Of a stretch of DNA of 64,000 bases, positions 51,567-61,826 are shown in pieces (within the stretch, counting starts at the first letter, position 1; each line of letters opens with the position of its first letter). The position numbers and the translations under genes are program-made. The DNA is from Endomicrobiales bacterium (GTDB lineage Bacteria > Elusimicrobiota > Endomicrobiia > Endomicrobiales > JALOBY01), in the NCBI GenBank assembly GCA_963796955.1, contig CAWCNJ010000002.1, positions 19,610 through 83,609 on the forward strand, given 5' to 3'. The notes below the pieces were generated by a model, which ran no database searches, had not been told where the DNA came from, and saw nothing but the letters and a program-made list of their open reading frames with translations.

Positions 51567-54500
51567 GGTAAAGTAGCGCTCTGCTCCGCGGACCAGCTTC
51601 CCGGCTTCAAGCCGTTGTCAACGGTGCGAACCTTCCAGTAATATGTGGTACCGCTGAGAAGGTTGTTGAGGATGCGGCCATTCTGGGCGCCAACCAGGCA
51701 CAAACCCTGACCTGTTCCCGGAGAACCGTAATTCCCTGAAACAACATTGGCATTGCCGGCGCTCAACGGCGAGGTTGTGCCGACCATAACGGCATAATAC
51801 AAACCGGTTGACGGCGTTTCAGCATCAGAGGCGCCGCTCCAATTAAGCGTTACCGATGAGGCATAGATGGCCGACGAAAAGCCGGAAGGCGGATTTGGCG
51901 CGTTGTTCTGCACCAATTGCCCTGTCATATTTTTGTACACACCTGATGACAAGATCAGGTCAACAGAACCGCCGTTCGAGAGATCTCCCCATACGGCGCG
52001 ATAATTGTCCGGGAACGATTGCATGTAGTGCAGCGTGCCCGCGTCGTTGCGATAGAGACGGTTGCCGATATACAGGTCCATATAGCCGTCATTATTATAA
52101 TCAGCCCAGGCCGCGGCATTAGAATTTGTCGGAAAGCTGAATAGAAGAATAAAATCGTCATTGCCGTCATTGCGGTATACCGATGCCGTGCCGGCGCCCG
52201 CTACCGCCAGGTCCAGGTCGCCGTCGTTATCAAAATCGCCCCAAGCCATTTGGGCGTCCTGTGTGGGATCGCTAAATGATGTTAGCGAAAATCCTGACGC
52301 GCCGTTCTTCCATAGCTGCCCGGCCCTGGAATAGCTGCCATAATCACTCCAGCCGTTCAACGCAAGGTCCTGCCAACCATCATTATTGTAATCACCGAAG
52401 CAAACACTAGAGTGCTGCATCTGGGTCAGCCCATACGTGTCGGCAAAGACGAAACTACCCGCGTCGTTACGCCAAATCATTGTTTTAAAGCTACCGCCGC
52501 CCCAACCTGTAATGGCAAGGTCCACATCACCATCATTGTCAATATCAGCTGCATCAATACCGCAATTACTGTTATCGGTCATGCGAATATCAGTAGTAAC
52601 CCTGGAAAACACACCGGCACCGGCGTTACGATACACCGCGGGCGACCACTGGTTAGCATTGCCCGAGCCAGCAACCGCAAGGTCCAGCGAACCGTCTCGG
52701 TCGTAGTCCAGCCAAACAACGGCGCCGCCGCCGTGGTCTAGCTCACTGAGAACATTAAAATGACCGCTGCCGTCATTAGTGAATACCTTTGTAGTCCCAC
52801 CGTTGGTCGAAGCAGCAAGATCAAGGAAACCGTCATTATTGTAATCGCCAAGCGCTACGTCGCTATTAGCTGTTACATTAGGATCAATTGATCCCATAAA
52901 GATAAAGGTGCCGGAAGGAGCAAAGGCGCAATCGCTAAGTCCCGCCGCGTTGTTAATTTGGTCGTATGCACGCAGAGAGAAATAGTGCACCACAGAGGGT
53001 ATCAAGCCCGTAAGTGTTTTAGTTTCTATCACGCCAGAGATTGCTGGAACCCAGCTTTGGGGATAGGTCGTTGCGGCGCTCCACTGCGCCTCGGTGTTTA
53101 TAGAGTTGACCGTTGAATAGCGCAGCTCATACCTGGTTGCCGTTCCCGTCTTACCGTCACTACCCGGGGCCGTCCAGGTAAGCTTTGCCTGGAAATCCGT
53201 AACAGCAGCGAGGTCCGTTACCGTTGAAGGCGGGATAGGGTCGGTAATATAGAAAGTCGTCTTGTTAGAGAAGGCGCTCCAGTTGGGTGTCTGGTCTGCC
53301 AGCCGTATCCAGAAATAATGCGAGGTATTCGGCACAAGGGCGGTGATCACGACACTTTCATGCGAACCCGGCAAAGTCGACGTTGACCACCGCACAGCAT
53401 AATCAGCGGTAGTGAAGTTCTTTGCGGGATCAGTGGTATAGCGCACTTCATAAGAACCGCCATAAATAGAATTGATCGCGCCATCGTTGCCAGTGGCCGT
53501 CCAATTAAGCTGAACCTGTCCGTTATAAGCCGTGGGGGTCAGGTCGATTATCGGGTTCGGCGCGGTCAGGTCGGGGTTAAAATAAATGGTAGCGCCTGTC
53601 GATACCGGGCTCCAGTTAAAACTGTCATCCGCAAGACGCAGCTGGAAATAATAGGTAGAGCCGCCTACTAAACCGGGCATAGACCGGGCCTGTCGCTCCC
53701 CCGCGACTACGTTCGTGGTCCAGATAGTATCGTAATTCAAATAATTCCACGGCTTATTGTCCCAGGTATCGGCTGCGTTCGTGGAAAACCGCACCTCATA
53801 AATACCGCCGGTAATATTTCCCGAAGCACCGTCATCGCCTGTCGCTGTCCAGCATAACACGGGAGGATTACTAGCGCTTACCACTAGGTCTGTGATCACT
53901 GCAGGCGCGGTACTGTCTGAAACAAAACCGAGCTCAGTTAAACCTTGCTGAATATAGGGGACCTTCATAAAGTTATTTTTAACAAGACCGGAGCGATAAT
54001 TTTCTATGGCTAGAAGAACAGCCCCCTGCTGAATACCGAGAGTATCAGGTCCCTGCCACGGCCCGTTTGCGGCATTGATCGTTGTTTCCCTCGTGTAGCT
54101 GTCTGCAAAGCCGTATTTTCCCCATATATCATTTTTGAAATTGGCATATTCGTACCGCATGGCGCGGATCACCTGATCAGGCAGCTCAGTGATGGCCGTA
54201 TGCTGATTATTCAGGGCGATGATGCCGGCATCATCGTTAATACCGTAGGCATAATACCCGGCATACCCTCCATACCCATCACTTTTTGCCCCATACGGAA
54301 GGTCAATAGCGCCAAGTCCCCAGCTATAGGCATTGTATGTTGCAGGATATGAACTCCTATTTTCCCATGCATACCTGTGCTGATCGATAGTCGCAAGCCA
54401 GGTGTTTGCCGCGTAACAAAAACCTGAACCGACAGAGTCATGTTTTTTGGATAGGTCAACGAACAGCTGAGGGTACTGATGCACAAATAGAGTTCCTTCG

Positions 54501-56746
54501 GCGATATAGGAGATCCCTCTATGCGTACGCAGGGATCTGTTAATTGCATTCCAACCTGCCGCACCATTAGCAGGTCTGCGAGAAGCTTCTGGGGAAGCAG
54601 CGGCTAAAATATAGGTAAGAATGTCTTCACAATAAACATCCATTGGAAATATCGACGTACCGTTGAGGATTTTAAACTGAACAGAGGTTTCAGGCATCCA
54701 CCCCCACGACATGCAAGTTTGGCCGTTACGCATCCACTCCCAATCCATACGACGATAAATTTGATCGGCCATCGTCCAGAGATTGTCATAACCAAGGCCC
54801 AGGCTTTTGAAATACTGTCCCGCCGACAACGCGCAGGCAACGAAGAGCGAACTGTCGATCGTCGAAAGCTCGTCACCGCTATTAGTACGGGCGCCGCCGT
54901 AATAAACCATGTGATAAAAAAAGCCCTTATGATGGACCAGCCCGGTATCAAACTCATTGTTGCTTTCATAAGCATTGTTGTAAGCGCGTAAAATACTGTA
55001 GGCGCGATTATAGGCTTCCGTAGTGCTGATCCAACCCCTCGAGTGGCCTATACAGATCGCCATAAGGCCCGCACCGGTTGCCGCGATACTAGAATAGGCG
55101 TGGCCGTCCGGTCCGTAATTGCTTGCGCGGTCTTTTACAAATCTTTTAGCTGGGTCGGTTTCCGCCATGTAATACCAGAATATCTGTTTTTCGACCAAGT
55201 CAAGAAAAGCGTCATCAGAAGCCGGTAAATCAGGGTAGTGCTTTACCGTTACCGAGTACCTTTGGGCGTCCGCAGGCGAATTCCCATAAATATCCTCAGA
55301 AACTGCGCGCACAAAACAACTGGTATTATCCGCCATCGCGCCGGTATCCCACCAAGCATTATAGGTCTTGTCGGCAGTATCAAAGTCGGTCGCTATATCT
55401 TTCCAGTTCCATCCTCCGTCGGTCGAATATTGGAACTTAACATCCTGCATGGAACTATCTTGCGCGATGCTGGGCGCTGTAACGCTAAGCCAGTTCACCC
55501 ACCCCATAGTCGTTCCAGCTGCGGGATGGCCCGAAGCACTGTCCATGTACAACAAGTTATTAGGAGCATCAGGCGGGGTAGTGTCGCCATTCGAAACATG
55601 AGTACTGTCTTCAAATTTAAGATCTTCGACGTACAGGTTACCTACTCTGTTGCCAGAGCAATTGTTCTCTATTACAAAATTCACCTCTCTAATCGCTCCT
55701 TTATTCAAAAGCGGGAAAGAATTAAGTGGTAAAGAAATCTTGTGCCAGGAACTTTGTATGTTCGTTAAACGCACATTATGAGGCAGGTTGCCCGAACCAT
55801 CTTTTACCTGTACTGTTATTTCTCCCGGGTTGCCTGCCGCATCCGCTGAGAGCTGAAAGGTAAGAGTATCGTACTGAGAAAATGAATGCGGGTTGGTGTC
55901 CCCTACAACATTATACACACCGGTCCAGCCCTGGCCGGAAAGATCATAGTGGATCTTTACGCATCCAGCGCCTGTAGGACCGCCGGATGGTAAATATGTT
56001 AGAGCAGCATCAGGCGCCCCCCCCATACCGCCGGTCGCAGCACCGGTCGCATTCACGTTAAAAACTCCGTCATTGCAGGCATCCACACTTGTATAGCCAA
56101 GATCATCCGAACCAAACATGAGGTTGTCAATGTAAATTGTACCGGATACAGGGTTGCCGTTTCTTACAAGATCGTCATGAACCAGCGTAAGATTCATCAA
56201 CTTAAGATGTGCCCAGTCCGTGATATTAACAAATGTATCAAGCGGTATCGTGACCTTTTTCCAGGTAGTGCTGCTGACAGAGCCGTTAAGGTAATCAGAG
56301 ATATATACTGAACTCTGTTTCCCATCGACCTGCTGAAGATCGATCTTGAATATTTCCCCGCCAGCGGCACCTTTAACGTAAAAACTTACGTTGCGATATC
56401 CTGTCATGTTGCGCGTTCCTGCCGCACCAAAGAATGTTTCGTACGCCACCCAACCGCCACTTAATGGCACGTTATAGTTTACTTGAAGACAACCGCCGGT
56501 ATAACCCACCGTAGAAACAATTATATGCGAACAACTCTGGTGAGTAATATCGCTATTCAGATCATAATTGACACCCGAAAGGTTATTAATGTCCGGGATG
56601 TGGTTCCAGTCATCTACCAAAAGGTTGGGCGGGTTTTTAACGGCGGCGCATGCGGTAACATGCTGAGGGGCGGCGGCAAGGTTTGTGAGGCCGCAAACAA
56701 GAATAGCCATTATAAGAGCTGCGTATCGCTTGAAAGGTTGTCTCAT
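51563..56746 (-). CDS. Large secreted multidomain glycosidase: 2 CBM11/CIA30-like domains, Ig, glucoamylase-like (GH144-type) catalytic domain, FN3 repeats, FG-GAP repeats, FN3
   Basis: SSIAATG, HHKGFFYH, ELSTIDS, LFVHQYP, WGKYGFAD, IENYRSG; WTATGDDG repeats; GDYNNDG/GDFDNDG repeats. Confidence 0.8.
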   Translation of the reverse strand: MRQPFKRYAALIMAILVCGLTNLAAAPQHVTACAAVKNPPNLLVDDWNHIPDINNLSGVNYDLNSDITHQSCSHIIVSTVGYTGGCLQVNYNVPLSGGWVAYETFFGAAGTRNMTGYRNVSFYVKGAAGGEIFKIDLQQVDGKQSSVYISDYLNGSVSSTTWKKVTIPLDTFVNITDWAHLKLMNLTLVHDDLVRNGNPVSGTIYIDNLMFGSDDLGYTSVDACNDGVFNVNATGAATGGMGGAPDAALTYLPSGGPTGAGCVKIHYDLSGQGWTGVYNVVGDTNPHSFSQYDTLTFQLSADAAGNPGEITVQVKDGSGNLPHNVRLTNIQSSWHKISLPLNSFPLLNKGAIREVNFVIENNCSGNRVGNLYVEDLKFEDSTHVSNGDTTPPDAPNNLLYMDSASGHPAAGTTMGWVNWLSVTAPSIAQDSSMQDVKFQYSTDGGWNWKDIATDFDTADKTYNAWWDTGAMADNTSCFVRAVSEDIYGNSPADAQRYSVTVKHYPDLPASDDAFLDLVEKQIFWYYMAETDPAKRFVKDRASNYGPDGHAYSSIAATGAGLMAICIGHSRGWISTTEAYNRAYSILRAYNNAYESNNEFDTGLVHHKGFFYHMVYYGGARTNSGDELSTIDSSLFVACALSAGQYFKSLGLGYDNLWTMADQIYRRMDWEWMRNGQTCMSWGWMPETSVQFKILNGTSIFPMDVYCEDILTYILAAASPEASRRPANGAAGWNAINRSLRTHRGISYIAEGTLFVHQYPQLFVDLSKKHDSVGSGFCYAANTWLATIDQHRYAWENRSSYPATYNAYSWGLGAIDLPYGAKSDGYGGYAGYYAYGINDDAGIIALNNQHTAITELPDQVIRAMRYEYANFKNDIWGKYGFADSYTRETTINAANGPWQGPDTLGIQQGAVLLAIENYRSGLVKNNFMKVPYIQQGLTELGFVSDSTAPAVITDLVVSASNPPVLCWTATGDDGASGNITGGIYEVRFSTNAADTWDNKPWNYLNYDTIWTTNVVAGERQARSMPGLVGGSTYYFQLRLADDSFNWSPVSTGATIYFNPDLTAPNPIIDLTPTAYNGQVQLNWTATGNDGAINSIYGGSYEVRYTTDPAKNFTTADYAVRWSTSTLPGSHESVVITALVPNTSHYFWIRLADQTPNWSAFSNKTTFYITDPIPPSTVTDLAAVTDFQAKLTWTAPGSDGKTGTATRYELRYSTVNSINTEAQWSAATTYPQSWVPAISGVIETKTLTGLIPSVVHYFSLRAYDQINNAAGLSDCAFAPSGTFIFMGSIDPNVTANSDVALGDYNNDGFLDLAASTNGGTTKVFTNDGSGHFNVLSELDHGGGAVVWLDYDRDGSLDLAVAGSGNANQWSPAVYRNAGAGVFSRVTTDIRMTDNSNCGIDAADIDNDGDVDLAITGWGGGSFKTMIWRNDAGSFVFADTYGLTQMQHSSVCFGDYNNDGWQDLALNGWSDYGSYSRAGQLWKNGASGFSLTSFSDPTQDAQMAWGDFDNDGDLDLAVAGAGTASVYRNDGNDDFILLFSFPTNSNAAAWADYNNDGYMDLYIGNRLYRNDAGTLHYMQSFPDNYRAVWGDLSNGGSVDLILSSGVYKNMTGQLVQNNAPNPPSGFSSAIYASSVTLNWSGASDAETPSTGLYYAVMVGTTSPLSAGNANVVSGNYGSPGTGQGLCLVGAQNGRILNNLLSGTTYYWKVRTVDNGLKPGSWSAEQSATLP

Positions 56747-56841
56747 AAGTATTGTTTGACATGGTCACACGACCATCGAACAACTATTCTATCTCAATCA
56801 CATGGTCCAGCATATACGATCATTCAAGGTGCTTTAACGCA

Positions 56842-57999
56842 TTAGTTTTCAGGAACAATAATGGCGTGGATCTTGCCGGATTTGGCCGGTTTTTTCTTCT
56901 CAGGAACGGAAGTTGGGTTTGAGGCCGCCGCTGTTGGTGTCAGTGCTGCTGCCGGGGTTATCGCTGATACGGGCGGTTTTGCGGCGGCAGGCTTGGGTTC
57001 GGTGACCTTAGCTTTCGGTTTGGCTGTTTTGGCGACGGGCTTATAGCCCAGGAACCGTACTATCAACGAAATGCGGTGTGAGCCGCTGGTTTCCTGCACG
57101 GCCAGCGGCATGACAAAACTGTAATCAAGCTGCAGGTCGCAGCTTTTCAGCAGTATGGGGGCGAAGCCGAAACCGGCGGCGACTTCGTTCAGGTTCGCGC
57201 CTGCCCTGGCGGCAAGCAGGCCGTTAAGGAACCAGACCTCTCCACCGGCGTGCACGTTCAGCTTCTGGCTGGTATCGCCCCAGTCCTGCATACGGTAGGT
57301 TACGTCGAGCGCGGCAAGAATATCTTCCGTGATATCGCAGGCGGCGCCGACACGAACCTGCATGGGCACTTTGTCAACGGATTGCAGACCAACATCGGGC
57401 GTGTTAACATCGCTGATCGCAAGACCAAGCGCCAGATCCCGATTCCAGAAAAACGGCACTTTGCTTTGCGCGCCAAGATCAAGGCTCACCGCGCCTTTGG
57501 AACTGCCGTTGGCGAAGACAGGATCACCTACGGTGCGTTCATCAAGCGTATATTTGTGCGTAAGGTATTTAACGTTAGCACCGATATCAAGTTTTCCCCG
57601 CAGCACGCTGCGGGCGTAAGACAGCGCGAAAGTATCTTCGCTGTACTGGTCTTGAGACGAGAGGTTCGCCCAGCTTACGCCCCAGGTCCCGTACTTTTCG
57701 CCGCACGGGTACGCAATAGCCGCGTAGCCAAGGCCCAGATTGACCGTATCAAGCCCCGTGAACAATTGCGAATACATATAATTCAATTCCATATCTTCCA
57801 CGCTCGCGATACCGGCGGGGTTATACAACATGCTGTTGCTGTCACCGCCCACGGCTGTGAATGCACCACCCATCGCTACCGGCCGTGCACCGTACCCTGG
57901 GTCAAGGAAGGCAGAATGGCAGGCAATAGGCAACAGGCAATAGGCAATAGTTACAACCAGCATTGACACAACAAATTTTGATTTGAATTTGGTATTCAT
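56842..57999 (-). CDS. PorV/PorQ-like outer-membrane beta-barrel with a Pro/Ala/Lys-rich tail
   Basis: GARPVAMGGAFTAVGGDSNSMLYNPAGIA; alternating beta strands ending HRISLIVRF. Confidence 0.8.
   Translation of the reverse strand: MNTKFKSKFVVSMLVVTIAYCLLPIACHSAFLDPGYGARPVAMGGAFTAVGGDSNSMLYNPAGIASVEDMELNYMYSQLFTGLDTVNLGLGYAAIAYPCGEKYGTWGVSWANLSSQDQYSEDTFALSYARSVLRGKLDIGANVKYLTHKYTLDERTVGDPVFANGSSKGAVSLDLGAQSKVPFFWNRDLALGLAISDVNTPDVGLQSVDKVPMQVRVGAACDITEDILAALDVTYRMQDWGDTSQKLNVHAGGEVWFLNGLLAARAGANLNEVAAGFGFAPILLKSCDLQLDYSFVMPLAVQETSGSHRISLIVRFLGYKPVAKTAKPKAKVTEPKPAAAKPPVSAITPAAALTPTAAASNPTSVPEKKKPAKSGKIHAIIVPEN
57921..57950. repeat. Heptamer repeat (AGGCAAT) within the signal-peptide coding region
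   Basis: aggcaat aggcaac aggcaat aggcaat ag. Confidence 0.8.
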
Positions 58000-58025
58000 A
58001 TTTCCACCCTTATAAACTATTGGCA

Positions 58026-59759
58026 TTATTTGGCGACTACTATAGTTCCACTGACTAATTTGGTGCTCCCGTTGACGTCAGCTTTAAACTGATAAAGATA
58101 AACGCCGCTTTCCACGATCCGGTCGGATTCATCGGTACCGTCCCACTTACCGAGAGAGTCAGCGGTGAGCGTCTTCACTTTTCGGCCCGCAACATCAAAA
58201 ATAGTTATGGTATAATCCAGGCCCTCTAACCCTTCGAAAAACGCAAAATCGTTCTTGCCGTCGCCGTTGGGAGTTATGATCTTTTCTTTAGGGCGGTAGT
58301 CAGCGGCGCTCATCGCCGGCTGATAGAATATCGCGTACTTACTGAAATGGTCGGTTTTGATCGTTAACGTATTCAGCCGGTCATCCAGCTTACCGCCTAC
58401 CGTGCGCCAGACGAAGCCATCCCACCAGAAAACCCTCAGATCGCTTTTTTTAACACCGGTAAGCACCGTGCCGTCCGGCATATAGACCTTGCCGCCGGCA
58501 TCACCAAGGAACAACAGCGTCATTTCAACCGGCAGCGAGAAATGCGTGCCGCTGGGTGTGAATTCATAAATAGCGACCGGTTTATCGCCGGCTCCAAAAG
58601 CAATGCCGCGCCGGGGCGAATCAACGGCATTTTCAGGATCAAGCTGAGAGATAGTAATGTTCACCGGCGATGACATGGCCCCGGACGGAATGGTAAGGCT
58701 GGTGTTGCCGTCATTAGGGTTGCCATCCGGCACTATCAGGCTGCCGGAAGTGACAGCGTTAAAGGTGATCTCATTCTCAATAGTTATAACCTGCGGCGCG
58801 GTAGTGCTTTTAAAAGTCGCGTAATTATAGCCGTCGCTCGCTTTTATCGCGTAGCTGATCTTTGCGGCGTTCCCAATGGTCGCCGGCGGTAGTGTGAACT
58901 GGTAGAACTTGCTGATTTGCGTGCCGCTGGAAGCCGCGGCCGCATACGCGTACCATGGGCCGTCGTCGAGTTTGTAATAGAACACGCAGGAATTAACGAT
59001 AGAATCATCCGTGACCGTGGCCTGCAGTGTAAGGTTGTTCCCGCGGGAAACAATGGTGCTGACCGGATTATGATATATTGTTGGCGCGACGTCATCTAAC
59101 ACCTGATACAGATCCAGCCAGACAGTGGTGCTGTAATCATCCGCGGGAGCGTCTTTGAATTTCGCTTCAAAATAAACATACACCGTTGCGGGATCGCTGT
59201 TGCTCAGGCTGCCGGCGGCTATCGCGGTGTAACCACCGTTGAAGGCGGTCGCCCACGATTCGTTCATATCGGGCGTCGCGGGATCGTCAACATCGCCCTT
59301 GTCCTTAAGCCAGGCCCAGCCGCCCGAGCTTCCGGTGCTGATATCGACGGGAAAAAGAGTAGCAAGTTCCGTCGGTGACTGCTTCCAGGCCAGCGGCACA
59401 TGTGCCGCGTTCGTAGAAACCCCGATAAGCCCGCCCTTTTGCACCAGCCCCGGCGAAGCATTGGTATTGTCGGTATACATATCCAGCCGCCAGGCGGGAG
59501 CGTTGGTATACGGTACGTAACTGAAACGAAGCCGCTGATTGCTTAAAATAAAATTATCGGAACTGAAAGCAAGATTGAAACCAAGCACACCCGGTATCTG
59601 CTGCGGCGCACCGTTACCCGGCGAACGATAGGCCGGCGCCACCTTGGCCTGCGGAGCATTGATATTCTGTAAAACAGCGCTTACCGACACTGCCCCCGCC
59701 GGCAGAGCCGTGAAAACACAACATATTAACGCAAGAAACAAACAATCGCTTCTTCTCAT
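58026..59759 (-). CDS. Secreted protein: repeated domain (copy 2), Ig-like, ZU5-like domain, T9SS type-B-like (CHU_C) C-terminal domain
   Basis: Signal peptide; TSLTIPSGA..TDHFSKYA; ITPNGDGKND..IFDVAGRKV..WDG..SGVYLY. Confidence 0.8.
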   Translation of the reverse strand: MRRSDCLFLALICCVFTALPAGAVSVSAVLQNINAPQAKVAPAYRSPGNGAPQQIPGVLGFNLAFSSDNFILSNQRLRFSYVPYTNAPAWRLDMYTDNTNASPGLVQKGGLIGVSTNAAHVPLAWKQSPTELATLFPVDISTGSSGGWAWLKDKGDVDDPATPDMNESWATAFNGGYTAIAAGSLSNSDPATVYVYFEAKFKDAPADDYSTTVWLDLYQVLDDVAPTIYHNPVSTIVSRGNNLTLQATVTDDSIVNSCVFYYKLDDGPWYAYAAAASSGTQISKFYQFTLPPATIGNAAKISYAIKASDGYNYATFKSTTAPQVITIENEITFNAVTSGSLIVPDGNPNDGNTSLTIPSGAMSSPVNITISQLDPENAVDSPRRGIAFGAGDKPVAIYEFTPSGTHFSLPVEMTLLFLGDAGGKVYMPDGTVLTGVKKSDLRVFWWDGFVWRTVGGKLDDRLNTLTIKTDHFSKYAIFYQPAMSAADYRPKEKIITPNGDGKNDFAFFEGLEGLDYTITIFDVAGRKVKTLTADSLGKWDGTDESDRIVESGVYLYQFKADVNGSTKLVSGTIVVAK

Positions 59760-59777
59760 AAAATTTTTTACAGCCGT

Positions 59778-61031
59778 TTAACGAACAAATTCGATTTCGT
59801 CAATATACACGGTCCCTGTTTGTGCGCCGACACTCCAGTCTTCAAAAACAATATTCATCTGTTTGATCGCTTCAATGGCTAAACCGCTGAAATTTGCAAG
59901 GTCGATCTCATACGTATTCCAGGAAGTTGAGGAGATAGGCGTCAACGGAGTTGTAGAAGAATCTGGAAGATAAACCACACGATTTTGATAAGAATCTCCC
60001 AACTCAATTTTAAACTTTGTGGGTGGTGTTAAACTATCAGCTCCCCTCACGGTCAGCCGCAGTTTTGAGTAACCGGAGAAATCATGTACCGTAGCGGTAG
60101 AGCCGGTTACACCACCGCCAAACTGTATCCAATAGCCACTCCACATACCGGTTGGGACATTATAATAATATTTCAAAGATCTGGGGAAGTTATGAAAAGT
60201 CGTTGTATCGTAAGAAATTTGGGCGTATATTGGTGTATCCAATGGATCAGAAGCCCCCGACATCGGTCCCGAATTTCCACCCAGCGCATCAGGCCCGTAG
60301 TTGTCCCCAAAGTGATCAATTCTAACAACATTCTGCTGGGTCGTTCCAAAAACAAGATTATCAATGTAAATAGTCGAGGACTTTAGAAGTCCGCATTTAT
60401 CTTCATAACCATTCTCAAAAACAAAGTTAATATACGTAAGGTTCGTAAGAGCGCTTGCATCCGTGAAATTAGCGAATGCATCCAGCGGGATAACTACATG
60501 GGTCCAACCTGTAGACGGAGTAGTCCCTGTAGAGGTGCCAAGGTCAGCATAATCGCTTAAATAAATGGACGCCTTTACTGAATTCGCATTCAGTAATTCG
60601 ATTTTAAATGACTGCCCTAAATCTTCACCTTTTATGTCAAAATTAAGCGATTTGTATGTGCTTATATCCCGTGCGCCGCCTGAGGGCGCAAGCGTTATCT
60701 GCATTCCTACCCAATCAGTCGTATTGACGGTGAGATAGTTCACCCGAAGGCTTTTTCCGGAAGCGCCCGAGTAATTATTCGTATCTTTAGCGATATTAAC
60801 CAATCTATCTGCGGCGGTATTTAACGGATTATACGATCCACCTAGATTGTTTACAGTGGAAGCGGAATCGAAGTTATCTATCAAGTCCGACATCGGGTAC
60901 GTTATGGCCGCCGGGATATTAACAACAGCGCTTCCAGAAATTGTCGTGCTTGACACGGTGCCTAAGAGCGCCGCCGATGCCAACTGCCACCACGCGAGCA
61001 GAAATACTGCGCATAGCATAGATCGTTTCAT
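59778..61031 (-). CDS. Secreted protein with two CBM11/CIA30-like carbohydrate-binding domains
   Basis: IDNFD..NNLGG, FKIEL, WTHVVIPLDAF, IYIDNL; second repeat ends VYIDEIEF. Confidence 0.78.
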   Translation of the reverse strand: MKRSMLCAVFLLAWWQLASAALLGTVSSTTISGSAVVNIPAAITYPMSDLIDNFDSASTVNNLGGSYNPLNTAADRLVNIAKDTNNYSGASGKSLRVNYLTVNTTDWVGMQITLAPSGGARDISTYKSLNFDIKGEDLGQSFKIELLNANSVKASIYLSDYADLGTSTGTTPSTGWTHVVIPLDAFANFTDASALTNLTYINFVFENGYEDKCGLLKSSTIYIDNLVFGTTQQNVVRIDHFGDNYGPDALGGNSGPMSGASDPLDTPIYAQISYDTTTFHNFPRSLKYYYNVPTGMWSGYWIQFGGGVTGSTATVHDFSGYSKLRLTVRGADSLTPPTKFKIELGDSYQNRVVYLPDSSTTPLTPISSTSWNTYEIDLANFSGLAIEAIKQMNIVFEDWSVGAQTGTVYIDEIEFVR

Positions 61032-61732
61032 TGATGCACCAGTTCCAGAACAAGATCGAAGGCATAAGCATCATTTATCGCAGAGGCAAAATCAGCTTCG
61101 GTTACAAAATAGAAATTATCGGTGGTGTGCCCAAGCGGAACACTGACACCCGGCACAGAAGGTTCGACGACCCGCGTATATGAAGCCGAGCCGAACGCGA
61201 TATTGCAATACCCCGCATTGCGGGAGGCGACAAAATCCGTATCCCACTGGTCCTTAAGATAATTCCAATTGCCGCCGGGAGTAGTGGCGGATGAAACTAC
61301 AGGCACACCTACAACCGTATACGTCGAACACTGCCAGCCCATAGGCACATGATTGCCTGAAGCGGGTGTCGTGCTTATAAGACCGCCGTATTGCGTACCC
61401 CAGGTGGTAGTATCGGGTGCAGCGGCAAAATTATCAGTATAGGCGCGCATCAGCCATAAAATAGAATTGTCATTGACCGATATCTGCACATACTGGGGAG
61501 CAAGGGTACCGTAGGGGACGCCGGATGAAACAATAGTTCCGAACGAAATTGACGGAACCACCGCACCGTCGCTCACATTCCGGACGGTGATAGAGGTCGT
61601 GCTTACCGCAAAGATCGTGGCGGAAGAGACAAAATAATTAAGATCTGAAGTGGATTCGGCATACGCAGGGAAAGCACCAAAGGCAGATATGAAAATGGCA
61701 AGAACCATGGTAGGTAAGGCAAGTTTTTTCAT
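61028..61732 (-). CDS. Secreted protein with the locus-specific repeated domain (copy 3)
   Basis: Signal peptide; YTDN..GGLI..VPMGW..WNYLKDQWD..EADF..YAFDLVLEL. Confidence 0.8.
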   Translation of the reverse strand: MKKLALPTMVLAIFISAFGAFPAYAESTSDLNYFVSSATIFAVSTTSITVRNVSDGAVVPSISFGTIVSSGVPYGTLAPQYVQISVNDNSILWLMRAYTDNFAAAPDTTTWGTQYGGLISTTPASGNHVPMGWQCSTYTVVGVPVVSSATTPGGNWNYLKDQWDTDFVASRNAGYCNIAFGSASYTRVVEPSVPGVSVPLGHTTDNFYFVTEADFASAINDAYAFDLVLELVHQ

Positions 61733-61826
61733 ATCAATTACCTACCTAAATTATCACAAATTACCTCTCATATGTCAATATATAAAATGAAAAACACACA
61801 ATTATTAGGATCAGGAACAAAATAGA

